Assembly (NCBI GenBank): GCA_035221665.1
Contig: CM069136.1
Coordinates: 110,484,001-110,548,000, forward strand
Direction of reading: 5' to 3'
From: Okamejei kenojei
Taxonomy: Eukaryota
Length of the DNA stretch: 64,000 bases
Shown: in pieces, positions 37,250 through 50,259 of the stretch
How positions within the stretch are numbered: the stretch's first letter is position 1
Layout: each line of letters opens with the position of its first letter
Notes under the pieces: model-generated
Told to the model about the DNA's origin: nothing
The model's database searches: none
What the model saw: only the letters and a program-made list of their open reading frames with translations
Made by a program: the position numbers and the translations under genes

Positions 37250-38535
37250 GACTGAGGAGAGTGCAGCGTAGGTTCACGAGGTTAATTCCCAGGATGGCGG
37301 GACTATCATATGGTCGGTTGGGGGGCGCTGCGAGTAGGCTGCCCTGCCAGCAGTGTGTTTGTTATTTCGACTTTTTTGGTGTGTCTAAATGTTTGTTTTT
37401 GTGTCTCTTGGTGTGTCTTGTGTGGGGGGTGGTGGGGGGCAAAAGGGGGGAACCACTTTCCATTACTTTTTCCGTCGCCTCCCTCATGGCCTAACAGCAT
37501 GGATCAGAGCGACCTTTCCCGGAGTTGGGCCCGGAGCTTCAACAGCGGGCGCAGCGTGGACTTTTCCATCGTGGAACACGGGCAAACCCTTGCCAGGGGA
37601 CGCCCGAGAGGAGTGCTCCGATCGCTGGCCTGGTGCCTTTGGCATCATGGGGCTGTGGTCTGCGGAGCATCTAGCCGCGGGCGTGGCGTGGGCTTACCAT
37701 CTGGAGTCTCGGATCCCTTGCCGGGGATGGCCGGAGAAGAGTTCCCACTGCCGGCCTGTGGCCTATAACATCCTGAAGCCGCGGTCTCCAGTAGGAAAGT
37801 GCCGTTTCGGGAACTTCAAGTCGCAAAGTGTGTTCGACCATCCCAACGTCGGAATTTTGATCATCCCGACGAGAGGGCCTGTACATCCAGCCATGGCCCC
37901 GACCACGGATGAACAACGGAGGACTGACTGAACTTTGTTGCCTTCTACCACAGTGAAGAATGCTGTGGTGGATGTTTGTGTCAAATTCTATTGTGTATTG
38001 TGTGTTCTTTTTTTAAGTGTATCGCTGCTGGCAAATTCATTTCACTGCACCTTCGGGCACATGTGACAAATTAATTTGACTTTGACTATGACATGTTGAA
38101 AGAATGGAACGACTGGACTTATATACACTGGAATTTAGAAGGACAAGAGGGGATCTTATTGAAACATATAAGATTATTAAGGGATTGGACACGCTACAGG
38201 CAGGAAACATGTTCCCGGCGTTGGGGGAGTCCAGAACCAAGTGCCACAGTTTAAGAATAAGCAGTAGACCATTTAGAATGTAGATAAGGAAGTTTTTACC
38301 AAGAGAGTTATGAATCTGTGGAATTCTCTGCCTTAGCAGGCAGTGGAGGCAAATTCTCTGGATGCTTTCAGAAAGAGATTTAGGTAGAGCTCTTAAAGAT
38401 AGCGGAGTTAAGGGATATGGGGAAAAGGCAGGAATGTGGTACTGATTGTGGATGATCAGCCATGATCACAGTGAATGGCGGTGCTGGCTCGAAGGGCCGA
38501 ATGGCCTAATCCTGCACCTATTGTTTATTGTTTAT
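37250..38535 (+). mobile_element. CR1 3' fragment interrupted at about 37313-38085
   Basis: RVQRRFTRLIP.MAGLSY resumes as ERMERL.LYTLEFRR.RGDLIETYK after the insert. Confidence 0.88.
37313..38087 (+). mobile_element. CpG-rich non-autonomous retroelement with Rex1/Babar-type tail
   Basis: Tail atttcactgcaccttcgggcacatgtgacaa..(tttgac)n; imperfect TSD ctatcatatg/ctatgacatg. Confidence 0.65.
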
Positions 38536-38939
38536 TGAATAATATTTACCTTCTCAACTTTCCCTTTCATTCTCTCTGCCCTCAATAATGCACCTCTCTC
38601 TGTGTACGAAAATGTGCTTGATCGATTATTCCACTTTCAATGGAAATTCACTGACACATCCAGGGCAGGTTGAGAGGGATACTGTAGATTTCTTTGAATG
38701 TGCTAGGAAATTTCTGCAAGTGCATGCTTGTTGCTAAGCTACCTGTAGAGTCCATTGTTGGTGCACAGGCAGGAAATCACCAGTAAAGGACATCCAGCAA
38801 ATTTGACGAAATAGCAATCACACTGGACTCCAGAGCTTCCTAATCTCAGGAGGAGCTAAATGCCAACAATTCACCGCAGAACTGCTGGCATTTCCCAAAA
38901 AGTTCATGACCACCAATATTTACTCAATCTTGGTGTCAT

Positions 38940-39110
38940 ATTTCATTTTCATTGAATCTCACATTAACATCTGTGCCATCACAAAGACAACACATTTCTG
39001 CAGTGTGTTCGACCCCCACCCTTACCTCAGCTGTTCTGTTGCTGAAATCCTCATCCAAGCCTTTGTCATATCTAGAGATGACCGTTCCAACTTGCTCTTC
39101 TTCAAACACA
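38940..39110 (+). mobile_element. Old L2 LINE fragment
   Basis: HINICAITKT...PYLSCSVAEILIQAFVISR; further L2-like 3' pieces near 40130-40440, 42400-42580, 49640-49920. Confidence 0.6.
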
Positions 39111-39254
39111 TTGGCAATGCACAAGCGGTCAGGCAGTATCTGTGGGGAGAGAAACGGAAATATATTTTCAGGTGAATGACTTGTTTTTCTTCTCTCCGTA
39201 AATGCAAGGTTATCCATGTACTAACCGGCACCAAATCCTGTTCACATCTCATCC

Positions 39255-40115
39255 TTGTATATGAGTATAGAAAATGGGAGGTCACGTTATATGAAACGTT
39301 CCTGAGGCTGCATTTAGAGTATTGTGTTCAGTTTTGGGCGCCATGCTGTATGACATATGTTGTTAAGATGGAAATGGTGCAGAGAAGATTTACTAGGATA
39401 TTTCCAGGAGTCAAGGGTCTGAGCTATGGGGAGTTTGAGCAGTCTGGGACAATTCCCTTGATCCCTTTGAAATGTTTAAAATCATGAGAGGAATAGATCG
39501 GCTAGACACACAGAGAACTAGTGAGCATGGGTTTATGGCGAAGGGGATAAGATTTTATAGGAATCTAAGGGGTAACTTTTTTACATGGGAAACTTTTTTC
39601 CCATTGAGGGTAGGGAAGATTCAAACAAGAGAGCATGACATGAGAATTAAGACAGAAGTTTCGGGGTAACGTGAGGGGGAACTTCTTTACTCAGAGGGTG
39701 GTGGCTGTGTGGAATGAGCTTCCAGCAGAAGTGGTGGAGGCAGGATCGATTTTAACATTTAAGAATAAAGTGGATAGGTATATGGACGTGAAGGGAATGG
39801 AGGGGTATGGTCTGAGTGCAGGTAGATGGGACTAGGGGAAAACAAATGGTCGGCACGGACTGGAAGGGCCAAGAGGGCCTGTTTCCGTGCTGTAATTGTT
39901 ATATGGTTATATGGTTATATGGTTACATGAAGGGTGATGGGTGTATGGAAAGAAATTGAGGCAGGGACTATTGCAATGTTTGAGAAGCAATGAGACAGGT
40001 ACGTGGATAGGGCAGGTTGAGAGGGATATGGCCAAACAGGCGAGTAGGACGAGTGTAGATGGGACATGGTTGCTCAATGTGGGCAGGTAGGGCCTGTTTC
40101 CACACTGCATGTCTC
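39255..40115 (+). mobile_element. Older CR1 containing a younger CR1 3' end (39590-39922)
   Basis: Inner piece nearly identical to 6125-6450; ttacatg duplicated at its flanks. Confidence 0.85.
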
Positions 40116-41659
40116 TTTGACGTGCCTTCTGGCTCACATGGGCTGAAAAACACCTTGATTTAAACATTCTCATCTTTATTTCCCAGTCCTACTCCTTTTC
40201 CATATCTGTCATGTCCTCAAGTGTAATAAATGTCCCAGATGCCCTGCACTCCTCCATTGCCGATTTCTTAAACATTCCTGAATTATATCGTACCAGCATT
40301 GGCATTGCTAACTTCTGTTGGAATCCCTCCTCTAATTCTCCCTACTTCTTCATCTTTCTCTTTTCCTATGGAACCTTAAAACATATGACCTGTAGGACAC
40401 TAAAAACTACTACCATGACCAAATATTATCACCAACCCTCTCATGTTTGTGAACATATTTACAATGAGACATGTAATGAAGACACAAGACACAGTAGATG
40501 CTGGAATCTAGATTAAAAAACAAACTGCTCGAGGAGCACAGTGAGGGAAATGAACAGATGACATTTTGGGTTGGGATCTTTCATCGGGCATGCAATGTTT
40601 TACAAGTTTAAAAGCAATCTTTAAATGGCAAATCTTTAAACAAAACCAGGAAATACTGGAAATGCTGAGCAGATCAGGCAGCAATATGTCGAAAGAGAAT
40701 CAGTTAACCTTTGAGGTAAGAGACCCTTTATTAGAAGAGTCAATTTCTGATGAATGGTGTTTAATTTGAAACATTAACTTTGTTTCTCTCGGCACAGATG
40801 CTGCCTGGCCTGCTGATCTTTTCTAATATTTCCAGAATGTACTGTTTAAAATTCACTTGAATGGAACACTATTATCTTTGGAAGTGAGATCATCTGCATA
40901 GGTAACGTGAGCTGTCCTGACAAGGCAACCCAAGTCAAAATAATTTAATGGTTAATATGATTAGCTAGCAACACTTCCCGTAACCAGATATGAGGCAGGA
41001 CCATAATGTGTCCTCAACGTGTTGAGTTGGACTGTGGGGACCACATGTCTATAGGACTCTCTTAACTTCAGTCTCAACGCCTCTGAAAGGTTTGATTTAT
41101 TTTCCCGGGAGTTGGAACACTTGTAATCCAGAATCCATTGCAAGCTTTAAAATATTAATGGAATGATCATAGACAGGCTGAATCAATTTCCTAACTTCAG
41201 AGCCAGAGGCAAATAAAGAATAAATGGTTTCAGAATGGAACTTTATTTCCCTGCAAAAGAATTACACTGCAATATAAAGCTACTTGTAAAAGTGGAGAGA
41301 AGGGGGACTGGCAAGACTGATGGAGAGGAGCCCTCACTGTTAGTTGAAGCCAGGTTGATCATTTATTTATATGATGAGAGGGTTTGATTACAAGGATCAG
41401 GAAATTGTCTTACAATTGTATAGGACCTCAGTGAAACCACCTTTCTTTACCCAGGAAAAGATGGTACAGGGAATCTAGTGCAGGGAAGATTCCTTCATGT
41501 GCTTCTGGTGATTGGGGGGTTTGCCATATGAGGAGCTATGGGTGTGGTCCCAATTTCCTAACCTACCTCATTGTGACCCTTGCACTTTGGTTATCTGTAG
41601 CTGCAATGCTATATGTTATACTCTGGTATTTTTTTCACTTTGTACCACTTCTTGTAAAG

Positions 41660-41800
41660 CAATAGGTGATGTTTCGGTTCAAGAACCTGCTTCAGACAGT
41701 CTGAAGTCCGAAGAAGGGTCTCGACCCAAAATGTCACCTATTCCTTTTCTCCAGAGATGCTGCCTGACTCGTTGAGTTACTCCAGCATTCTGTGTCTATC
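41660..41800. mobile_element. Head-to-head Penelope ends
   Basis: aataggtgatgtttcgg...cttcagac|agtctgaag...ggtctcgacccaaaatgtcacctatt. Confidence 0.75.
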
Positions 41801-42589
41801 AACCACCCCTTTATTAACTCCACATCTAGCTCTACATTTCCAACTCATCCAAGCCTACTTGGTTCCTTTCCCCAATTCTATCATCTACCTCATCAATCAT
41901 TCCCTCCACACAAACCCCTGGGGCCTTGTGCATGCTGGAATCTTGAAGCTTAGGGGCTTCTCTCAAAACTGGTACCGACATCCCCAATCACTTTTATGAG
42001 CATTTCGTAATAAGAACAAATTCTAAACCAGCCACTGGACTTCCTGACCACTGGGGTATTAAACTCTGCCACCTGGACTTTAATGTGGAATGGACAAAAT
42101 AGACCAAGAAATAGATGAACAGCCATTGTAGCTGTCATCAAAAGAAGATAAGAAGCAGGAGTAGGCCATTCAGCCCCTCAAGCTTGCTCTGCTATGATCT
42201 TCCAATATACTTCCCTGCCCAATCTCTAGGCTTCTTTACTTTCTTGTCTGAAGATCTATTGACATCAACCTTTAGTACATGTGTGAGTATCCACATATCA
42301 CACCTAGTCTCACTGACCACTGTGAGTAACACAATTTTAAACATGGAATTTTGTTTACAAATGTTACTTCTTATTGCCTATATAATTTCAGCCTTATGAC
42401 CCTTTAGGATATTGATGCTCCTTTAATTCTGGCCCTTGGAGCAACCCTTGTTTTAATCTTTCCACTGCTATGGACATTCCTTTGACGATTTGGGCACCTA
42501 AACTTGGAATTCCCGAGTAATCCTCACCAGCTTTTTTCTCTAATATAGGACATTTCTTAAAACCAATAACTTTAACAAAGCTCCGACTG

Positions 42590-43530
42590 TGGACTCAGAG
42601 GTGCAGCCAATAGAGTTGCAATCTCACCCCGTCAGAGACCTGGGTTCGATCCCGACCATCAGTGCTGTTTGTCTGGAGGTTGTATTTCTCCCTGTGTCGG
42701 CATGAGTTGCTCTCAGGTGCTCCTGTTTCTTCCCATCCCAAAGACATGGGCCAGTTGGCCACAATGAAATTCCCTAGTGCGTATTAGAGGGAGTACAGAT
42801 AAGGTTCACCAGACTGATTCCTGGGATGGCAGGACTTGCATATGAATAAAGACTGGATAGACTGGGCTTGAACTCGCTAGAATTTAGAAGATTGAGGGGG
42901 GGATCTTATAGAAACTTACAAAATTCTTAAGGGGTTGGACAGGCTAGATGCAGGAAGATTGTTCCCGATGTTGGGGAAGTCCAGAACAAGGGGTCACAGT
43001 TTAAGGATAAGGGGGAAGTCTTTTAGGACCGAGATGAGAAAAACATTTTTCACACAGAGTGGTGAATCTGTGGAATTCTCTGCCACAGAAGGTAGTTGAG
43101 GCCAGTTCATTGGCTATATTTAAGAGGGAGTTAGATGTGGCCCTTGAGGCTAAATGGATCAGGGGGTATGGAGAGAAGGAAGGTACAGGATACTGAGTTG
43201 GATGATCAGCCATGATCATATTGAATGGCGGTGCAGGCTCAAAGGGCCGAATGGCCTATTTCTGCACCTATTTTCTATGTTTCTATGTATTTGAGTGGTA
43301 GAATCTGGGAGCAGTTGGTGGAATGTGGGATTATAATGTAAATACTGGTTGATGGTTCACAAATGCTCGGCGAAGTCAGGGGATATGGGGAGAAGGCAGG
43401 AACGGGGTACTGATTGTGGATGATCAGCCATGATCACATTGAATGGCGGTGCTGGTTCGAAGGGCCGTATGGCCTACTCCTACACCTATTGTCTATTGTC
43501 TATAATGTGCAAAGGGCCTGTTTCTGTAAT
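42590..43530 (+). mobile_element. V-SINE interrupted by two CR1 3' ends (42783-43288, 43372-43503)
   Basis: SINE head and V domain, CR1 C-terminus with (tttctatg)n tail, second CR1 tail (attgtct)n. Confidence 0.8.
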
Positions 43531-43756
43531 ACATCTCCCCATGGCTCTATCTCCAGTGTGACTTAGCACCAAATTCAATGTGTTATTGCCCCTGTAAACA
43601 TTTGTGGAACCTTTTGCTGAATTAAAGTTGCGGTGTAAATGCAAGATTTTATTATTGTGGACAGCTTTTCCCAAGGTAGCAGACAAAGGGCCTGCAAGGA
43701 CCAGTTGACTAACCTCAACATTTAAGGAGGAGAAATAATGTTCCAGTGAATACTAA

Positions 43757-44172
43757 TGGCCCTGTCTCACTGTGCGAGTTGACCCACGAGGTACCCCGAG
43801 TGACAGACTCGTGGCTGTGCACGAGACTGCAAGTTTATGATCAAGTGTGTAATACGAGTTCCCACGGGTATGTCATTGCTGCGATGTTCCAAGTTCCTCT
43901 CCCGAGTTAGCAAGTTCCTCTCCCGTTACTCTTGAGCCAACCGTGAATGAAGGTATGTTTTAATAAAGCAACAATGTTAAAATACATCTCCATCCTGTGG
44001 TTTTGAGTTATTTCAGCGCGGATGGGAAAATGCGCATCCTCCAGTAACCAAGCATTTCTTGTTGTTTTATGTTTTTAAATACTTTTTTGCAATGGATCTC
44101 TATTTTAAATAATTTTAAAAAAGGAAGCAGCCCGGGTGACTGACATTGAGCGGCCGCCAGGACCCGACAGCA

Positions 44173-44241
<69 letters not shown>

Positions 44242-46327
44242 AGAGATACACACAGACAGCAGCTGGCCACCACTTCAGAGGAATTAAGCAGCTCGGGTGA
44301 CTGAGCNNNNNNNNNNNNNNNNNNNNNNNNNNNNNNNNNNNNNNNNNNNNNNNNNNNNNNNNNNNNNNNNNNNNNNNNNNNNNNNNNNNNNNNNNNNNNN
44401 NNNNNNNNNNNNNNNNNNNNNNNNNNNNNNNNNNNNNNNNNNNNNNNNNNNNNNNNNNNNNNNACTTCAGAGGAATGAGGCAGCTCGGGTGATTTTGAGC
44501 GGCCACCGGGACCCGACATCAGACACACACACAGATACACAGATAGACAGAGAGGGAGAGAGAGAGACACACCACAACATACACACACACACACAGAGAG
44601 AGAGAGATACACACAGACTCAGCAGCTCGGGTGACTTTGAGCGNNNNNNNNNNNNNNNNNNNNNNNNNNNNNNNNNNNNNNNNNNNNNNNNNNNNNNNNN
44701 NNNNNNNNNNNNNNNNNNNNNNNNNNNNNNNNNNNNNNNNNNNNNNNNNNNNNNNNNNNNNNNNNNNNNNNNNNNNNNNNNNNNNNNNNNNNNAATGAGG
44801 CAGCACTGAGCACCGGGGACCGACACACACAGACACACACACACTACACACAGACTGGCCACACACAAAGAGCACACACATCACACACACACAGAGATTA
44901 CACGAGAGATACACACAGACAGCAGCTGGCCACCACTTCAGAGCAGCTCGGGTGACTTTGAGCGGCCACCGGGACCCGACAGCAGACACACACACAGATA
45001 CACACAGATAGACAGAGAGGGAGAGAGAGAGACACACACACACACATACACACACACACACACACATAGAGAGAGAGATACACACAGACAGCAGCTGGCC
45101 ACCACTTCAGAGGAATGAAGCAGCTCGGGTGACTTTGAGCGGCCACCGGGACCCGACATCAGACACACACACAGATACACACAGATAGACAGAGAGGGAG
45201 AGAGACACACACACACACAGAGCACACACACAGAGGAATAGACACAGACAGCGGCCACACACACACACACACAGATAGACACAGATAGAGGAGAGAGAGA
45301 GAGACACACACACACACACATACACACACACACACACACAAGAGAATGAGAGATAGCACACAGACAGCAGCTGGCCACCACTTCAGAGGAATGATGCAGC
45401 TCGGGTGACTTTGAGCGGCCACCGGGACCCGACATCAGACACACACACAGATACACACAGATAGACAGAGAGGGAGAGAGACACACACACACAACTCAGC
45501 GGACCAGGCAGCATCTCTGGAGAGAAGGAATAGAGTCGAGACCCTTCTTCAGACTTACCCGAAATGCCACCCATTCCTTCGCTCCAGAGATGCAGCCTGT
45601 CCCGCCGAGTTACTCCAGCATTGTGTGTGTCTATCTCCGGTGTGAACCAGCATCTGCAGTTCCTTCCCAATCCCACACTCTCGGCCCCGGGGGGGTGGAT
45701 GGAGCATCACACGTGGACACATCCCACCACCGCCCAGACTTGCCCCTTCGGCAGGTCTTTAAGCCGTTCATTGAGACAGAGTGAAGCCACGGGGCAGGCG
45801 CCTCAGTAATAAAGGACAAGTGGCAGAAAGGCCGAAGATAGACACAAAATGCTGGAGTAACTCGGCGGGACAGGCTGCATCTCTGGAGCGAAGGAATGGG
45901 TGGCATTTCGGGTAAGTCTGAAGAAGGGTCTCGACTCTATTCCTTCTCTCCAGAGATGCTGCCTGATCCGCTGAGTTACTCCAGCATTTTGTGTCTATCT
46001 TTGGTTCAGTCTTTACTCGAGCAAAAGAACAGATTATTAAAGTTCCCACGGTAGACTCACGAGACACTAAGATAAACGCACGGGGCCACTACGTTATTAC
46101 AACGAGTTTAAATGTTTCCATTTTTAACTTGAACAGTTAATTTGACTCGTGGAAAAAATCAAACATGTTTGATTTTTTTCACGAGTTAACAAGTTTCCCG
46201 AGTACCTGCCGTTAGCGCCACGAGTCGATAAGTTGCTCGTGCGCGTTCCGACGTTCCCGCTACGTGATCACTACGAGTGAAAACTCGGGGTCACTCGTGG
46301 GCCAACTCGCACAGTGAGACAGGGGTT
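43757..46327. mobile_element. Composite non-autonomous Harbinger-type DNA transposon
   Basis: TIRs tggccctgtctcactgtgcgagttgacccacgag / ctcgtgggccaactcgcacagtgagacaggggtt; TAA at 43754-43756 and 46328-46330. Confidence 0.8.
44125..45492 (+). repeat. Minisatellite array (GC-rich core of about 70 bp plus variable CA/GA microsatellite spacer), containing gaps 44307-44463 and 44644-44793
   Basis: Repeated cagcagctggccaccacttcagaggaatgaagcagctcgggtgactttgagcggccaccgggacccgaca. Confidence 0.92.
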
Positions 46328-47189
46328 TAAGAGCTGTGCACTGGTTATGGTGGGTGAAAGGAAAGAACTTGCTGCGGTCTGGTCTATCTTTTATTCCTAA
46401 GCTGGTATAAAGCACTGGAACAGCTCTTTGAAATGGAAAGGCTGTGATGTTTGAGATATGTTTGTTGAACTGTTTAAGGTTCAATGTTACAAGAACACTG
46501 ACAGCATTGACACTGTCACTGCTATTGTAAGTGGCGTGGAATAGGCTGGGCAAGTTGCATTTTCTTAAACTATAACAAGCCCTGGAGAAGTGATGGCTTT
46601 TTTCAAAGGCCTGTCAAACAATGTTACAATATTCCATAACTGATATTCAGGCCTTTTGAGTCTTTGAAGGTCCTGCAGCTGACTAAATGATGTAATGCAT
46701 TTTTTGTTGTTTGTAAAAGCTTTTTGATATGGTCCCAACACCTCCAGACATTCTCTTTAGCTACCAGATTGTCTCATGCACAAAGGCACTTCAATAGCTT
46801 TAGAATATAATTAGCCCCTATGCAGTTGTTCAGCTAATGTAACTATGGGTCATTGCATTGTTAAGGGGTTGAAGAAGTTGGGAATGCCTTGGAGACCTGG
46901 TAGAATATATAACATGCTTCATGTTCCTTTCACCTAACCCAAAGCACTTTTCAGTACTTCCAATAGCTGATCACTAACTTAATGTTGAATATGTCCCAGC
47001 CAGTGTGTGCATTGTTTTCTCCCTCTGATGTAGTAGTCACCATAGAACCTGCTTTTGTGATATTTCTATGGCCCAGGATGTTGTGGGGTAATCTTATGTT
47101 CTTCTTTAAAATGAGCTACCAATCTTCATATGGCAAAAGATTGAACTGGCTTTCGATTGAAACAAACACTGTTTAACTACAATTGGTTT

Positions 47190-47530
47190 ACAGCTGGTTG
47201 AACTGCTGTGCCACAGCTCCAGAAACCTGGGTACAATCCTCACCTTGGACATTTACTGGGCAGAATTTGCATGTTTTCACTGTGACCCTATAGGTTTCCC
47301 CTGTTCAGGTTTCCCCTGAATCAGGTTTTCTCCCACATCCCAGAGGCATGTGGATTGCTAGGTTAAATGGATGCCGTAAGTTGCCCCTGGTGTATAGGCG
47401 AGTATTTGATGGAAATGTGGGAGATTAACGTTAGACTAATGTGCAAATAGATTTATTGATGGACAGCTTGGTGTGGTTTAGCTTAGTGAACTTGCTGTGC
47501 AGAAGGGCATGTTCACTCTGCTGTATGATC
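47190..47530 (+). mobile_element. Old V-SINE
   Basis: gaatttgcatgttttcactgtgacc...ttctcccacatcccagaggc..ggttaa. Confidence 0.7.
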
Positions 47531-47679
47531 CATGAATCTGTAATAGTTTCCAACCACACTCAAAATAAACAATAGAGCAGATAGATAGAGCATCTAATGA
47601 CACTTGACAAATTGATAAATTTGCTAATGCAGTTCCCTTGTTGGATTTGAAAGCATTTAAATTCACTGGAAGGATAGGT

Positions 47680-47872
47680 AGAAACATAGAAACAAAAACA
47701 AACATAGAAAATAGGTGCAGGAGTACCCATTCGACCCTTCAAGCCAGCACCGCCATTCAATATGATCCTGGCTGATCAACCAGAATAAGTACCAATTCCT
47801 GTTTTCTCCCCATATCTCTTGATTCCGTTAGCTTTAAGAGCAATATCCAACTCTCTCTTGAATACATCATGT
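47680..47872 (-). mobile_element. CR1 3' tail
   Basis: (aaacatag)n, ggtgcaggagta.ccattcg.cccttc. Confidence 0.85.
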
Positions 47873-48574
47873 GAACCAAAGTTAGTGTCTCTCCATGGCC
47901 TACGTCCATAGCACTGGGGTGTTAGTTGCTCTCAATCACCCTCATTGGCATGGACACTTGGTTCACTTTCCCCTTAACAGACTCTTGCAACAGTCACTCG
48001 ATCCTGAGGTTACCAGGTGGGCTGAAAAAATTACGTGACCTCGTGGTTGCTTGAGGCGTACGGGCATCGTATGGCCGCGCGGGGCCGGTCCCACTTAGAA
48101 GCGCGGAGTTGTGCGGGGCTGGTCCCGACATTGCGTGGGGCTCCGAAATCCTTGCAGTGGCCGAAATCTTCAAAAGGAACAAAAGCAAAGCGTATAACAC
48201 ACAGAATGCCCCAAAGAACTCTACAGCTACTGAAACACTTTTAAAATACAGATGGGATGTAATTAACATGACAGATCATTTCTACAGAGCAAGATCCCAC
48301 CCGGTAATGAAATAAGCAACTTGCGAATCAGTTTCTGCTGCGGAATGAGTGCAGAAAGTTCAGATAAAAAGGAACACATAATGCTCTCATTCTGATGTTT
48401 ACTCTTATTGGTAGACGTTTTGGGAGAAATGCATATCATATCAAAGCATGCATGAGAACAGGGCTACACAGAGAGTACAGCATCTAAATAGGCCATTGTG
48501 GAGGCCATTGTCTGACTATTCTGCCCACTACTTTTTATAACACCATCCTAACCTCCTCTCAGTATTCTATGGTG

Positions 48575-49352
48575 AGGTGAATGGCAGCTGCTCGCCTGCA
48601 GTCTGTCTGTCTTTTATCCTTATTTTTGTCCTGTTTGGAGTCTGTTTTTGGTTTATTTTTAGCTGTGTATACGTGGGGGGGGGGCAACTTTTTAATCTCT
48701 TCCCTGAACGGGGGATGGGACTTTTCCCTTGTCCTGTCTCCATGGTCGTTGGGGCCTAACATCGTGGAGCTGGCAGCCTCCAACCGGAATCGACCCGAGG
48801 GCTCCAGCAGTAGAGCCTGCGGATTCACCATCGCGGAGCTGGCTGACTTTGGAGCTGTGGTGGTGCTGCGGCTGCGACCCGACATCGGAACTTTGGAGAG
48901 GCTGCGGGCCCTGTGGACGGCGGAGGCGGGAGCTTGCAGGTCCTGGTGGGACACCGATTTTCCGGGAGCTCCCGCAATGGCAACTTTGCCCGCCCGAATC
49001 GAGGGGTTTGAATCAGCCTTACATCGGGCCTTACATCGACCAGCACGGCTTAAGCGGCCGCGGGACACACCATCGCCCGCCGAGGGCTTTAACATTGGGA
49101 GCCCTGGTCGCCTTGATGTTGCAGTTTGGCTGCCTGACTGCGGGAGAAGAACAAAGGGAAGAGATAAGACTTTTGCCTTCCATCACAGTGAGGAGGTGTT
49201 TGGAGATTCACTGTGATGGATGTTTATGTGGAACTGTGTTCATTGTGGGTTTTTTTTTTTTTTTTTTGCTGTTATGACTGCAGGAACGAAATTTCGTTCA
49301 AACCCAAAATGTTTGAATGACAATAAAGGGCAATTGAATTGGATTGAATTGA
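48575..49352 (+). mobile_element. CpG-rich non-autonomous retroelement (family of 37313-38087)
   Basis: Shared blocks cctaacatcgtggagc, ttgccttccatcacagtgagga; tail gaaatttcgtt...gaatgacaataaa, (ttgaa)n. Confidence 0.65.
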
Positions 49353-50259
49353 ATTTATCACAGCTGTTGATTTATCTTTGAAATCCTTCCCGCTCATTTA
49401 TGTTACATCTTGCAAATAAATAAATGTTATACAACCTGTAGCACCCATATATCTTTATCTATTAAGCCTTTCATATCCGTACAACCACATATCATGTGTA
49501 GGAAGGAACTGCAGATGTTGGTTTAAACCAAAAATAGACACAAAAAGCAGCAGTAACTCAGTGGGTCAGGCAGTGTCTCTGGAGAAAAGGTATATGTGAC
49601 ATTTCAAGTCGAGACTCTTCTTCAGACTTTGTGTCTTCACCTCCAAAACTATCTCCTACTGAGTACATTGTGCCCTTCCTGATCTTGTCTTCTGCAAGTT
49701 GACGACATCCATCACTCTGCCATTGGTGGCTGCCCCTTGAAACCACCAATTGTAGAAGCCCTGAAATCCCCTCTCAACCTCATCGTCTCTTTGCCTCCTA
49801 TAAAACTATTCCTTAAAAGCCAATTATTTTTTATCATCTTTCACTCGAAATGTTCTTTTTTGTCTGAAAGCAGATTACTCTTTATAATTGTTGAGATGCT
49901 GAGAAATAACCTTAGAATTTTTCCTGCGCCTGTGTTTAGTCATTTCCCTGTGGCAAACTAATGAAATTTCAATGGGCTTTTGTTGACAAGAATAGTTCAG
50001 ATAAAGGGAGAATAATGATGATGTCAGCACCACGTATCAATCTAACTTCACTGTGAGTGACCTTTGTCTGAAATATTTTTGATGATTTCACATGATCTTG
50101 ACCTAGATCCACGATTTATACTTTCGCAAAGATCTACATTACCCTAGATGAAAAAACTGCCCTATTTCACTGTTTAAAAAATACATTCAAAAAGAGCTCG
50201 GACTAATTGAATTATGGATTATTTGCTGGCTTTCAGAGTGTAAATGGAAATTGAAACCC

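Noticed and set aside
44008-45676. Long Cys/Val-rich ORFs and a CRISPR-like repeat-spacer appearance
   Set aside because: The ORFs are translations of (CA)n/(GA)n tracts and N gaps; spacers are related microsatellites, there are no cas genes, and the context is eukaryotic
47995-48170. CpG-rich patch as a promoter CpG island
   Set aside because: Short, and contains the gtcccactta motif of the Harbinger MITE families, so probably an internal transposon fragment
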